Assembly: GCF_003334765.1 (NCBI RefSeq)
Contig: NZ_QOWT01000006.1
Length of the DNA: 64,000 nucleotides
Reading direction: 5' to 3' (one strand)
From: Escherichia coli
Lineage (GTDB): Bacteria > Pseudomonadota > Gammaproteobacteria > Enterobacterales > Enterobacteriaceae
The position numbers and the translations under genes are program-made. Positions 1-10,317 of this stretch are shown here, in pieces; position 1 is the stretch's first letter; every line of letters starts with the position of its first letter. Under the pieces are notes generated by a model. The model searched no databases, had not been told where the DNA came from, and saw only the letters and a program-made list of their open reading frames with translations.

Positions 1-425
1 TCGTTGTATTTGAACAACTCCGGGCGAAAGTGAATTTCACGCGCCAGATGTGTTGCTGGATCTACAGAAAACATACGAACGCGGCGACGGAATCCCATTC
101 CCATATGGAAGAACTGAGCGTCCAGTTGACGGTTCTCAACGTTATGCCAGAGCGATTTTTCGGCGTCGTATTGAATACTGTTATAAGCCTGCGGCGTCAT
201 TGTCGCCAGCGTGTCAGGTAACGGACGAGGCGCACCACGCCACGCTGTTTGCGCTAAGTCGTGCGCCATTGACTGTAGAATGGAGAAGTCAAAACGCTGG
301 GTTTGCCCGTCGGCAATATCAGAATCTGCCGCGAATGCCGCCTGAGAAAAAAGAGAAGCAATGCCGCTGGTACCGCACACGGCGGCCATAGCCATTGAAC
401 CTTTAATAAATCGTCTACGATCCAT
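1..425 (-). CDS. opgD: Glucans biosynthesis protein D (OpgD/MdoD), 5' portion only; gene runs off the window start
   Basis: Reverse-strand translation from ATG at 423-425 gives [32 protein letters not shown]... with a twin-arginine Tat motif (RRxFIK); no stop before the window edge. Matches remembered OpgD N-terminus. Confidence 0.88.
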
Positions 426-649
426 ACCTGAAAGTGAGTCCTTCTGGTGTTGTGAATGGTCCCGCGCTGGTCGTTTTCAGCGGCAAGAAAGTGCTTATTT
501 ATGACCGCTCACTCTAGACAATATTTATTAATAATCCAATTGTTGAACTGAGAGAATATGCATAAATCGGCATTTTTTTTATGTCGATGGGATGAGCCTG
601 ATTCGTTTGTAAAATCAGGCAAATTTTTGCAAAGGCGGATGGTCAGATT

Positions 650-1993
650 TTAAAGCAAACCACAGCGACGTTTACTGCGTTCTTCCGCTTCCTGGTAAAG
701 CTGGAACTCATCCAAAACCGGACAACCCAACGCCTGCTCAAATGCTTCGCGACTGGCATTACCGTGACTGCGTGTCTGCGTTTCATTACCCAGATTTGAC
801 TGGAAGATCCCCGCCGCGCTAACGGGCAAGAAATCTTCATAGGTGATGGGTTGCGCCACTACCCAACCACGTTCAATTAAGGGCTGTGGATCGTCTCCAG
901 GATGAATCGCCTGACGATGCGCCTCACCCGAAGGCGTCAGACGGTACCGGAACCATGCCAACCCTTGCTGACGCATTAAAAACTCACTGTCAGGAAAAGT
1001 GCGGAAGGTTTCCTGTAAATGCATTTGGTGAGTGAGATTATCCTGCCCGGTTCCAGCGTTACGCAGAAGATCATCATACAGTTGTCGCCCTTTCGGCGTT
1101 AATGCCACGCCACGCTGCTCAATTTCACCAAAGCGCGCGGTATGCGTGCCCTGTTTCTGCCCCGCAAACAACACCGTCTCTTCCAGTGCTTTAAAGCTGG
1201 TCTGGCGTAGTAAAATCGGTACCTCGCGGCGCGGCGGCCCCTCGATGAGAATTTTGGGTTCAATTCCGCATTCAGGCATCATCGACTGCACCCGGTCAAT
1301 ATCCAGCGTACGTGGCGTCAGGTGGTTGATATGGCATCCAGGAAAACAGACCACATCAGCAATCAACCGATGTTCGTTGTGCAATGCGCGATAGGTTTCT
1401 TCATCTACCGTTGCTGACTGGTGCCAGCGAAACGTTTCCAGGGCTTCCTGCACAAACTCCTGTGCCTGTGTTTCGTTAAAACCGCCCTGCTGCTCATATT
1501 CCTCTAACAGTTGTCGACAACGTGGGGTGAAGATATCGCGCTGACGCAGAATCTCCGCCGCTTTCTGGCGCAAAATTTCGTTCTCGATAAGCTCAAGGCG
1601 GAGTAAGGAGGTAAAAACGCGGAAGGGATTACGCGCCAGAGAAGCATCATCAATGGGCCGAAATGCTGTCGAATGTACCGGCACCCCTGCCTGCGAGAGA
1701 TCGTAATAGCTCACCGGGTACATCCCCATAATGGCAAACATCCGCCGAAGAGTAGCAAGCTCTTGTGCAGTCCCAACGCGAATCGCCCCATGACGTTCAA
1801 CATTCAGTCGCGCCAGCTCGTCTGCATTTACCATTTTTTCGTGCAGTTGAGGATTGTTTTCCAGCACAGCCAGATTCACATCAGCTACCAGTTCCAGCAG
1901 CGTGCCATATTGCGGAACTTCTTGCTGGTACATGGCTGACATTGCCTGCGAAAACTGTTCCCGAATCTCATCCGCCGTGATGCTGTTCGCCAT
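650..1993 (-). CDS. ydcJ: DUF1338-family metalloenzyme YdcJ (447 aa)
   Basis: Six-frame ORF 650..1993 (-), 447 aa, MANSITADEIREQF...; length and sequence match remembered E. coli YdcJ. Confidence 0.93.
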   Translation of the reverse strand: MANSITADEIREQFSQAMSAMYQQEVPQYGTLLELVADVNLAVLENNPQLHEKMVNADELARLNVERHGAIRVGTAQELATLRRMFAIMGMYPVSYYDLSQAGVPVHSTAFRPIDDASLARNPFRVFTSLLRLELIENEILRQKAAEILRQRDIFTPRCRQLLEEYEQQGGFNETQAQEFVQEALETFRWHQSATVDEETYRALHNEHRLIADVVCFPGCHINHLTPRTLDIDRVQSMMPECGIEPKILIEGPPRREVPILLRQTSFKALEETVLFAGQKQGTHTARFGEIEQRGVALTPKGRQLYDDLLRNAGTGQDNLTHQMHLQETFRTFPDSEFLMRQQGLAWFRYRLTPSGEAHRQAIHPGDDPQPLIERGWVVAQPITYEDFLPVSAAGIFQSNLGNETQTRSHGNASREAFEQALGCPVLDEFQLYQEAEERSKRRCGLL

Positions 1994-2209
1994 AGTGTCT
2001 GCCTCCAGTGGTCAGTAATCTGGAGTGTAGGTAACCGCATTCACTCTTGCGGGAAGAATTTACAAACTGTGATCTCGCCGCGAAAACATCAATATTATCC
2101 ATTTTGCTGTAACATAATTGCTTTAATTGTTAATAATATTTTGCAATCAAGTTATCATAATCAAACAACTTCACTTGTCAGCGACACCGCTTCGTTTTTA
2201 ACATCGCTT

Positions 2210-3133
2210 ATGGAAAAAAATAGTCTGTTTAGTCAGCGCATCCGTTTGCGCCACCTTCATACATTCGTAGCTGTCGCACAACAAGGAACTTTGGGGCGCG
2301 CGGCTGAAACCCTTAATTTGAGTCAACCTGCGCTCTCTAAGACATTGAATGAACTGGAGCAGCTGACTGGCGCTCGCTTGTTTGAGCGTGGTCGTCAGGG
2401 GGCGCAACTTACCTTACCCGGCGAACAATTTTTAACGCATGCAGTCAGAGTTCTTGACGCCATCAACACTGCCGGACGGTCGCTTCATCGTAAAGAAGGT
2501 CTTAATAATGATGTCGTCAGGGTTGGTGCACTACCTACTGCGGCACTGGGGATATTACCTTCGGTTATAGGTCAGTTTCATCAGCAACAAAAAGAGACGA
2601 CCTTGCAAGTTGCGACAATGAGTAACCCTATGATTCTGGCGGGTTTAAAAACCGGGGAAATCGATATCGGCATTGGTCGGATGTCAGATCCTGAACTGAT
2701 GACCGGGCTTAATTACGAACTGCTGTTTCTTGAATCGTTGAAGCTGGTTGTCCGCCCTAATCACCCGCTACTTCAGGAGAACGTAACGCTAAGCCGGGTG
2801 CTGGAATGGCCGGTCGTTGTATCACCAGAAGGCACTGCGCCACGCCAGCATTCAGATGCATTAGTGCAGAGCCAGGGCTGTAAAATTCCTTCGGGTTGTA
2901 TCGAAACGCTGTCTGCTTCGCTATCTCGTCAACTTACGGTTGAATACGATTACGTGTGGTTTGTCCCTTCTGGCGCTGTAAAAGACGACCTGCGTCATGC
3001 CACGCTGGTGGCCCTGCCTGTTCCGGGACATGGTGCAGGCGAACCGATTGGAATACTGACCCGCGTAGATGCGACGTTCTCTTCTGGTTGCCAGTTGATG
3101 ATTAACGCTATTCGAAAATCAATGCCGTTCTGA
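2210..3133 (+). CDS. ydcI: LysR-family transcriptional regulator YdcI (307 aa)
   Basis: ORF 2069..3133 (+) contains internal ATG at 2210 giving MEKNSLFSQRIRLRHLHTFVAVAQQGTLGRAAE... (N-terminal HTH of LysR type); the 47-codon upstream extension in the ORF track is not part of the protein. Confidence 0.92.
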   Translation: MEKNSLFSQRIRLRHLHTFVAVAQQGTLGRAAETLNLSQPALSKTLNELEQLTGARLFERGRQGAQLTLPGEQFLTHAVRVLDAINTAGRSLHRKEGLNNDVVRVGALPTAALGILPSVIGQFHQQQKETTLQVATMSNPMILAGLKTGEIDIGIGRMSDPELMTGLNYELLFLESLKLVVRPNHPLLQENVTLSRVLEWPVVVSPEGTAPRQHSDALVQSQGCKIPSGCIETLSASLSRQLTVEYDYVWFVPSGAVKDDLRHATLVALPVPGHGAGEPIGILTRVDATFSSGCQLMINAIRKSMPF

Positions 3134-3138
3134 AAGGT

Positions 3139-3160
3139 GAAGGGATCTGTCGATCCCTCC
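3139..3160. terminator. Hairpin between convergent ydcI and trg 3' ends
   Basis: Imperfect inverted repeat agggatc-tgtc-gatccct followed by T-rich ttgaacatttt; sits in the 37-nt gap between two convergent stops. Confidence 0.4.
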
Positions 3161-3170
3161 TTGAACATTT

Positions 3171-4811
3171 TCACACCGTAGCGAAACTAACTGGTTCACC
3201 CGCTCCGCGAGGTTCTGCCGACACAGAATGTTTGTGCAGACGGAATACATCCACCGCCTCAGTTAATCGTGCCGCCTGTTCTTCAAGGGACACCGCCGCC
3301 GCTGAGGCCTCTTCTACCAGAGAAGCATTCTGTTGCGTCACCTTATCCATTTCAGAAATCGCCTGGCTAACCTGCGTTATGCCTCTACTTTGTTCATCCG
3401 AGGCGGCGGCGATTTCCTGCATGATATGTGTGACACTCGCGACGGCATCAACAATAGTGCTCATGGTTTTCCCGGCCGTTGCCACCTCATCCGACCCCAG
3501 GTCAATTAACCTGACTGATTCACTGATCAAGCCTTCAATCTCTTTCGCCGCCTGAGCGCTGCGACTTGCGAGTGTCCGTACTTCGCTGGCGACAACGGCA
3601 AATCCACGCCCTTGCTCACCCGCTCGCGCGGCTTCAACGGCAGCATTCAGTGCCAGAATATTCGTCTGGAAAGCAATACTGTTGATGACGGCGGTGATCT
3701 CAGAAATTTTCTTCGAACTCGTGGAGATAGCGCCCATCGTTTTTACTACACCGGAAACCGTCTGCCCGCCATCGCTGGCTTTAATAGAAGCCTCTTGCGC
3801 CAGTTTGCTGGCATGATGCGCGTTATCCGCATTCTGTTTCACCGTCGCAGTGAGTTGCTCCATGCTGGCGGCAGTTTGTTCGATAGCCGCCGCTTGTTCT
3901 TCGGTGCGAGATGACAGGTCCGCATTGCCAGCTGAAATTTCGCTGGTGCCACGATAAATCTCTTCCGCGCCCTGTCGAACAGTCCCTACTGTCATCCCCA
4001 GTGAATGCTGCATTTGCTGTAAATGACGACTTAAGCGACCGATTTCATTACGACCCGCCGGTTCATCATTCATCGTCAGATCGCCACTGGCGATTTTTTC
4101 AATCCGTTGTGCGGCATGTTGCAGTGGACGAATGACGATCCGACGTAGCACCATAAATGTTATCAGCGTCATGACCAGGGCAAGCACAAACGCGCCAATC
4201 ATGAACATCCCACCCAGGCGGGTGCGCTGATGGGCCAGTTCCGCCAGTTGGTTGGCTCTGGTGCTACGTATCTTAACGGCTTTGTTCAAAATATCGGTAT
4301 AAGCATTATCCAGCGGTCGGATCTGCTCACTTTCATGATTGATAATCGCTTCAAACATGCCATTTTTGGCATATTTCAACATAGGTTGCATACCCGTGAT
4401 ATAAGCCTGAAAGCGTTGATTTAATTCAGTGTCGAGGGCTTCATCAGCAGGTGTTTTCACCGGTCGATTCTGATAAGCACGATAACCTTGCTGCGACTGT
4501 TTAATCTCCGATTCGGCTTGCGCAATATTTCGCTTCATTGCTTCCATTTCCGCAATACGACTCGCAGCCCCGGCCTGAATCATATTGATCCGGGCTGAAC
4601 GCAAAAAATCTGAACTGTTCGCTAACCCGGTCCGAATCTCAATCTCCGCAGTAACATCACGCTGATCGCGATCGGCCTGCCAGAGGAAATAGCCAGCCAG
4701 GGCTGAACTTAATGCGAATAGAACTAAGATACCGCCTAGAATGCAGGCAAATAACGGAACCAACCTGATGTGATGCAAAAAACCTAATCGCTGTGAGGGA
4801 GTTGTATTCAT
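3171..4811 (-). CDS. trg: Methyl-accepting chemotaxis protein III, ribose/galactose sensor (546 aa)
   Basis: ORF 3171..4811 (-), 546 aa, [27 protein letters not shown]...; two TM segments, HAMP and conserved MCP signalling domain (…[29 protein letters not shown]…). Confidence 0.95.
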   Translation of the reverse strand: MNTTPSQRLGFLHHIRLVPLFACILGGILVLFALSSALAGYFLWQADRDQRDVTAEIEIRTGLANSSDFLRSARINMIQAGAASRIAEMEAMKRNIAQAESEIKQSQQGYRAYQNRPVKTPADEALDTELNQRFQAYITGMQPMLKYAKNGMFEAIINHESEQIRPLDNAYTDILNKAVKIRSTRANQLAELAHQRTRLGGMFMIGAFVLALVMTLITFMVLRRIVIRPLQHAAQRIEKIASGDLTMNDEPAGRNEIGRLSRHLQQMQHSLGMTVGTVRQGAEEIYRGTSEISAGNADLSSRTEEQAAAIEQTAASMEQLTATVKQNADNAHHASKLAQEASIKASDGGQTVSGVVKTMGAISTSSKKISEITAVINSIAFQTNILALNAAVEAARAGEQGRGFAVVASEVRTLASRSAQAAKEIEGLISESVRLIDLGSDEVATAGKTMSTIVDAVASVTHIMQEIAAASDEQSRGITQVSQAISEMDKVTQQNASLVEEASAAAVSLEEQAARLTEAVDVFRLHKHSVSAEPRGAGEPVSFATV

Positions 4812-4851
4812 TACCGTTGTCTCTCGTCCAGGTTTACTCCTGATAGAAAGT

Positions 4852-4880
4852 CATCGGCACTTGACGGTAATTACTTATGA
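4852..4880 (-). promoter_or_regulatory. Putative sigma-28 (FliA) promoter of trg
   Basis: On the minus strand, TAAGTAAT-11 nt-GCCGATGA lies about 40 nt upstream of the trg ATG; resembles the sigma-28 consensus TAAAGTTT-N11-GCCGATAA. trg is a known class III flagellar-regulon gene. Confidence 0.35.
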
Positions 4881-5104
4881 CCAAAAACCTCTTTGCGTCA
4901 CATTTTTACAACAATTATTGCATAGAAAATTAATGCTATTGGAATGAAGAGAGTAACGAATGGCTAAACTGGCTAACCCGAATGACGAAAAATTCTGGAA
5001 AACAGCACGCAATTTCGTGAAGTGATTATTTTCGTCCCTAAGGAAACCTCATAGGATGCCTGCGGGTGCCTGAGACTTTCTGTTTTCAGGCTAACCGGGA
5101 ATCA

Positions 5105-5151
5105 GAAAGACGAAGGCCCCGACCGATATTTCTATCAACCGAGGCCAACGA

Positions 5152-5170
<19 letters not shown>
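5105..5170 (-). ncRNA. sokB: Antisense RNA SokB of the hokB/sokB type I toxin-antitoxin locus (approximate position)
   Basis: Placed by the conserved hok/sok architecture (antisense RNA overlapping the mok translation-initiation region) and my recollection that sokB lies about 50-100 nt upstream of hokB. Boundaries are not read from the sequence. Confidence 0.3.
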
Positions 5171-5359
<189 letters not shown>

Positions 5360-5430
5360 GGGCAAGCGCGGGGATTTTCCCCGCGCATTTGACTAGCAGA
5401 TTCATTTTCTCATGGCACCCCTTTTACACT

Positions 5431-5604
5431 TCAGTTAGTGCATGTTTTTTTCGATGCACTAATAGAACCATCATTACAGACAAATTTGCCGCCTGCCGTA
5501 CAGTGTGAGATCCCCCCTTTCGAACCAGAACAGGGTTTGCGCCCGGCATCGGCATAAAAGGAAACAAGCGTTCCCATAAACAAAATAAGTGCCAGTTTTT
5601 TCAT
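5431..5604 (-). CDS. ydcA: Small secreted protein YdcA (57 aa)
   Basis: Minus-strand ATG at 5602-5604 preceded by GGAGG; translation MKKLALILFMGTLVSFYADAGRKPCSGSKGGISHCTAGGKFVCNDGSISASKKTCTN; signal peptide plus Cys-rich mature part. Not in the ORF track (under 60 aa). Confidence 0.88.
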   Translation of the reverse strand: MKKLALILFMGTLVSFYADAGRKPCSGSKGGISHCTAGGKFVCNDGSISASKKTCTN

Positions 5605-5848
5605 ATAACCTCCATGGTTTATCGAATCTTATGTTCGATTTGAACGTTATACGCTGGTTTATTTTGATACCGTTGATGAGATCAAAGATCGGGTGAATTG
5701 ATTAAAAATAAGCCAGATGGACGTATGGGCAAGGATTATGGTTTTATTTATCATACAAATAAATATAATAGGCGCTTCCGATGTAGACCCGTATTCTTCG
5801 CCTGTACCACGGGTCGGTTTTAGTACAGGCGTTTTCTTTAAATATCCT

Positions 5849-6379
5849 TCAGGAACGTTTACGCGGCATCATGCGTAGAAGTGTGTTGTCCTTCCAGAAA
5901 TAGTGGTGTGCCAGTGCAGCCGCAGCGTGCAACCCGATGACAAAATATCCCAGATTCGCCAGCGTTTCATGCCACGACTTTAAGCTATCTACCCGTTCGA
6001 AATTGGCCTCTGAAGCGTAAGGCATCGTCAAACCAAACGCAAACCACGGGTTGCCCCGGTTATACATCATCACCAAACCAATCACTGGCAGCGCAATAAA
6101 CAGGAGATAAATCACCAAATGTCCCAAATGCGCCAGTCCCGTCATCATCGGTTTTGGCTTAGGTATAATCGGCGGGGTTGGGTATTTCAGCCTTAACAAA
6201 AGACGAACGACCATCAGCACGAGAATTGAGATGCCACAGGAAACATGAATCATGTTGATGAGTGGCCGATCGCTACGTGGGAAGAAACCACGAAACTCCA
6301 TTGCGCAATACGCTGCGATAACCAGTAAAAAGACCAGCCAGTGAATGCTGATTTGTAACCTTGAATATTTATTTTCCAT
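5849..6379 (-). CDS. cybB: Cytochrome b561 (176 aa)
   Basis: ORF 5849..6415 (-) with internal ATG at 6377-6379 giving MENKYSRLQISIHWLVFLLVIAAYCAMEF...; polytopic membrane protein with conserved His residues. Confidence 0.92.
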   Translation of the reverse strand: MENKYSRLQISIHWLVFLLVIAAYCAMEFRGFFPRSDRPLINMIHVSCGISILVLMVVRLLLRLKYPTPPIIPKPKPMMTGLAHLGHLVIYLLFIALPVIGLVMMYNRGNPWFAFGLTMPYASEANFERVDSLKSWHETLANLGYFVIGLHAAAALAHHYFWKDNTLLRMMPRKRS

Positions 6380-6555
6380 AACATTTCCTGCTTTAACATA
6401 ATTTTCCGTTAACATAACGGGCTTTTCTCAAAATTTCATTAAATATTGTTCACCCGTTTTCAGTACGTTACGTTTCACTGTGAGAATGGAGATTGCCCAT
6501 CCCGCCATCCTGGTCTAAGCCTGGAAAGGATCAATTTTCATCCGAACGTTCCTGA

Positions 6556-7568
<1,013 letters not shown>

Positions 7569-7575
7569 CGCGCAC

Positions 7576-7605
7576 AGGCGGAGGAAAAAACCTCCGCCTC
7601 TTTCA
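7576..7605. terminator. Hairpin between gapC and aldA 3' ends
   Basis: aggcggagg-aaaaaa-cctccgcct perfect 9-bp stem followed by ctttcactc. Confidence 0.45.
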
Positions 7606-7609
7606 CTCA

Positions 7610-9049
7610 TTAAGACTGTAAATAAACCACCTGGGTCTGCAGATATTCATGCAAGCCATGTTTACCATCTGCGCCGCCAATACCGGATTTACGCCATCCG
7701 GCGTGGAAGCCTTGCATAGCTTCGAAGTTTTCACGGTTGATGTAAGTTTCACCAAACTTCAGCCCTTTAATGGCTTTCATCGCGACGTTCAGATTTTGGG
7801 TATAGATTGATGAGGTCAGGCCGTAATCACTGTCATTAGCCATTGAGATAGCATCTTCCAGCGTGTCAAATGCGACAACTGGCAGCACCGGGCCAAAGGT
7901 TTCCTCATGCATAATCGACATTTCCTGGCGAACATCCAGCAGCAATGTCGGCGGATAATAATATCCTTTCCCCTCTACCGCTTTGCCACCGAACGCCACT
8001 CTCGCCCCTTCTTCTACTGCGCGCGCCACTTTTTGCTCGACCCTTTCCAGCGCCGCGGCGTTAATCAACGGCCCCATCGCAATGTCGTTGCGTTCAGCGG
8101 GGTTACCAAATTGAACCGCCTGCATCGCTTCACCCAGCCGATTGACGAACTGATCATAAATGCCTTTCTGTACATAAACACGTTCTGCACAGTTACACAC
8201 TTGCCCACTATTAATGACGCGTGAATCAACGATGGCTTTGACTGCCAGTTCAAGATCGGCATCGTCCATTACGATAGCTGGTGCTTTACCCCCCAATTCC
8301 AGACACACTTTGGTGATGTTTTTTGCCGCAGTCGCCATGATCTTCTCACCTGCAGAGACGCTGCCTGTCATACTGACCATTGCGACCTTTGGGTTACCCG
8401 CCAGTTCTTGCCCAACGGTTTCACCACGCCCCAGTACAAGGTTAAACACGCCGCGCGGAAGGCCTATTTCATCGACGATTTTGGCGAATGCAATCGCATT
8501 GTTTGGCGTAAATTCACTAGGTTTAATGACGATGGTATTACCGGTCAAAAGAGCGGGAGCCATTTTGCGGGCAATGAGGAAGAACGGGAAGTTCCACGGC
8601 AGAATGCCGGTAGTCACACCAAGCGCACGTTTAAACAAAAGAATATTTTCTCCTGGACGATCGCTTTGAATAATCTCGCCCTCGTAACGCCGTGCCCACT
8701 CCGCCATGTAATCGATATAGTCGGCAGTAAAAGCCACTTCGACTTCAGCCAGCTGCTGGATCTTGCCCCCTTCTTCAACAATCAGCGCACTGATTTCACT
8801 GGCGCGTTCGCGGATCCCGGCGGAGATTTTGCGCAACCAACTGGCGCGTTCAATAGCAGGCAACGCTTCCCATTCTGGTTGTGCACGTTCTGCTGCATCG
8901 ATTGCCTTACGGGCATCCTCGGCCTGACCATCGGGTATGCGGGAAATGACAGCCTCTGTAGCAGGGTTTACCACATCAATCCATGCGTCTCCACGCCAGG
9001 TAACAAACTGTCCATCGATATACATAGGATGTTGAACGGGTACTGACAT
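7610..9049 (-). CDS. aldA: Lactaldehyde dehydrogenase (479 aa)
   Basis: ORF 7610..9049 (-), 479 aa, MSVPVQHPMYIDGQFVTW...; aldehyde dehydrogenase family with catalytic Cys context (…NSGQVCNCAERVYVQ…). Confidence 0.95.
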   Translation of the reverse strand: MSVPVQHPMYIDGQFVTWRGDAWIDVVNPATEAVISRIPDGQAEDARKAIDAAERAQPEWEALPAIERASWLRKISAGIRERASEISALIVEEGGKIQQLAEVEVAFTADYIDYMAEWARRYEGEIIQSDRPGENILLFKRALGVTTGILPWNFPFFLIARKMAPALLTGNTIVIKPSEFTPNNAIAFAKIVDEIGLPRGVFNLVLGRGETVGQELAGNPKVAMVSMTGSVSAGEKIMATAAKNITKVCLELGGKAPAIVMDDADLELAVKAIVDSRVINSGQVCNCAERVYVQKGIYDQFVNRLGEAMQAVQFGNPAERNDIAMGPLINAAALERVEQKVARAVEEGARVAFGGKAVEGKGYYYPPTLLLDVRQEMSIMHEETFGPVLPVVAFDTLEDAISMANDSDYGLTSSIYTQNLNVAMKAIKGLKFGETYINRENFEAMQGFHAGWRKSGIGGADGKHGLHEYLQTQVVYLQS

Positions 9050-9245
9050 GGGCGACTCCTGTGATTTATATGTTTGTTTTCGGTGAATACATTGTTAATT
9101 AACATCAATCATCAGAGAGACGGCATCGTGAAAGGACAATTCTGTGAAGGGCTTCATAAAAACAAGTGTAAAAGGAATAAAAGGCAGAAATAAAAGTCAG
9201 GAGTCATGCCCGTTTGCAAACAAGTGGTTCACAAACGGGCAATTT

Positions 9246-10046
9246 TTAACGTAACGAGCGACTTTCCATCGCCTCGATGAGCACCGCATCATGTTTCAGC
9301 GTTTGCCATGCATGGATGACTTCTGCCGGAAAATCAACGTGAACGATAAAATCTCGCCCGCGGGGACCGTAGCCATCGCTATCATCGCGTAAACGCGGCA
9401 GCTCGCCAGTGAGTAGTGAGAGATAACGCTCAACTGGCCATAATCCTTGTAACTGATTAATAAAGATTACACTGTCTGCGTTATTTCCTAACTGAGGAAC
9501 GAATCCGGGATAACTTAACCAGCGTGGTGCATCGGGATTGTCCCCAGTCATACGGCGGAACGTCGCCATCGTGCGCCGCTGCATGGTGGGGTCCTGAACA
9601 ACGATAGCCGTATGAACTCGTTCTACGGCCTGATTCAATAGCGCGATGCTAAAGCGTGCGTTTTCACCGCAGTTTGTTGACTGGTCTTCAATCCAGATTT
9701 TTTCATGCGGAATGTGCCAGAACTGATGAGCGATATCCGCCAGGATGGTCGCTTCTGCTCTGCCAGTGGTGCGGATAGTGTTGTAGTGCGGATGCTGTGC
9801 GATGGCGCTATACAAAAAAGTTGTCGAGTGACCGATACCACCACTAATCAGTAAAGGAATTTGCTGATCGCGGGCAATCTTACATGCCGCATCGATAGTC
9901 GGCATAACCGCATTGCCTGCAAGGATCACGCAATCGGCCTGATACGGCACCTCACCGGAGAAATCATCCTGCGCCAGCCACTGTCCGATAACATTTATGG
10001 CATCTATAGTTGCCGGCGAAAGCGTCGGAAACGGGGTAATGTTCAT
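9246..10046 (-). CDS. ydcF: DUF218 protein YdcF (266 aa)
   Basis: ORF 9246..10046 (-), 266 aa, [29 protein letters not shown]...; matches remembered YdcF. Confidence 0.92.
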
Positions 10047-10260
10047 GGTTCCTCCTTATCGTTCCCTTAAGAATACTGCGTGAGATAATAGTGAGAAGCG
10101 GAGCACTCTGAAAGGAGGAAATCGTATGTCCTTAACCGCCACTCCGCAAGCCTGACATATCTTTTAAGGAAATGCTGTAGATAAACATTATTCATCTTGC
10201 AGCAGAGAATTGTATTTTTCTGAATTCCTGAATTTTTACCCTTACCGTTTTAGAATTAAT

Positions 10261-10295
10261 AAAAAACCCGGCGCTAAATGCTTACCGGGTTTTTT
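10261..10295. terminator. Rho-independent terminator downstream of hrpA (bidirectional in form)
   Basis: aaaaaa-cccggcg…cttaccggg-tttttt: GC stem flanked by an A-run and a T-run, just 3' of the hrpA stop. Confidence 0.6.
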
Positions 10296-10317
10296 CTTTA
10301 TCAGGCAAATAGCAGGG

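Noticed and set aside
50-391. 113-aa plus-strand ORF at the window start
   Set aside because: Antisense to the recognisable opgD N-terminal coding region (Tat signal [10 protein letters not shown]… on the minus strand); no SD or independent support.
2069-2209. 47-codon N-terminal extension of ydcI in the ORF track
   Set aside because: The extension lies in the AT-rich divergent promoter region; the LysR HTH begins immediately after the internal ATG at 2210.
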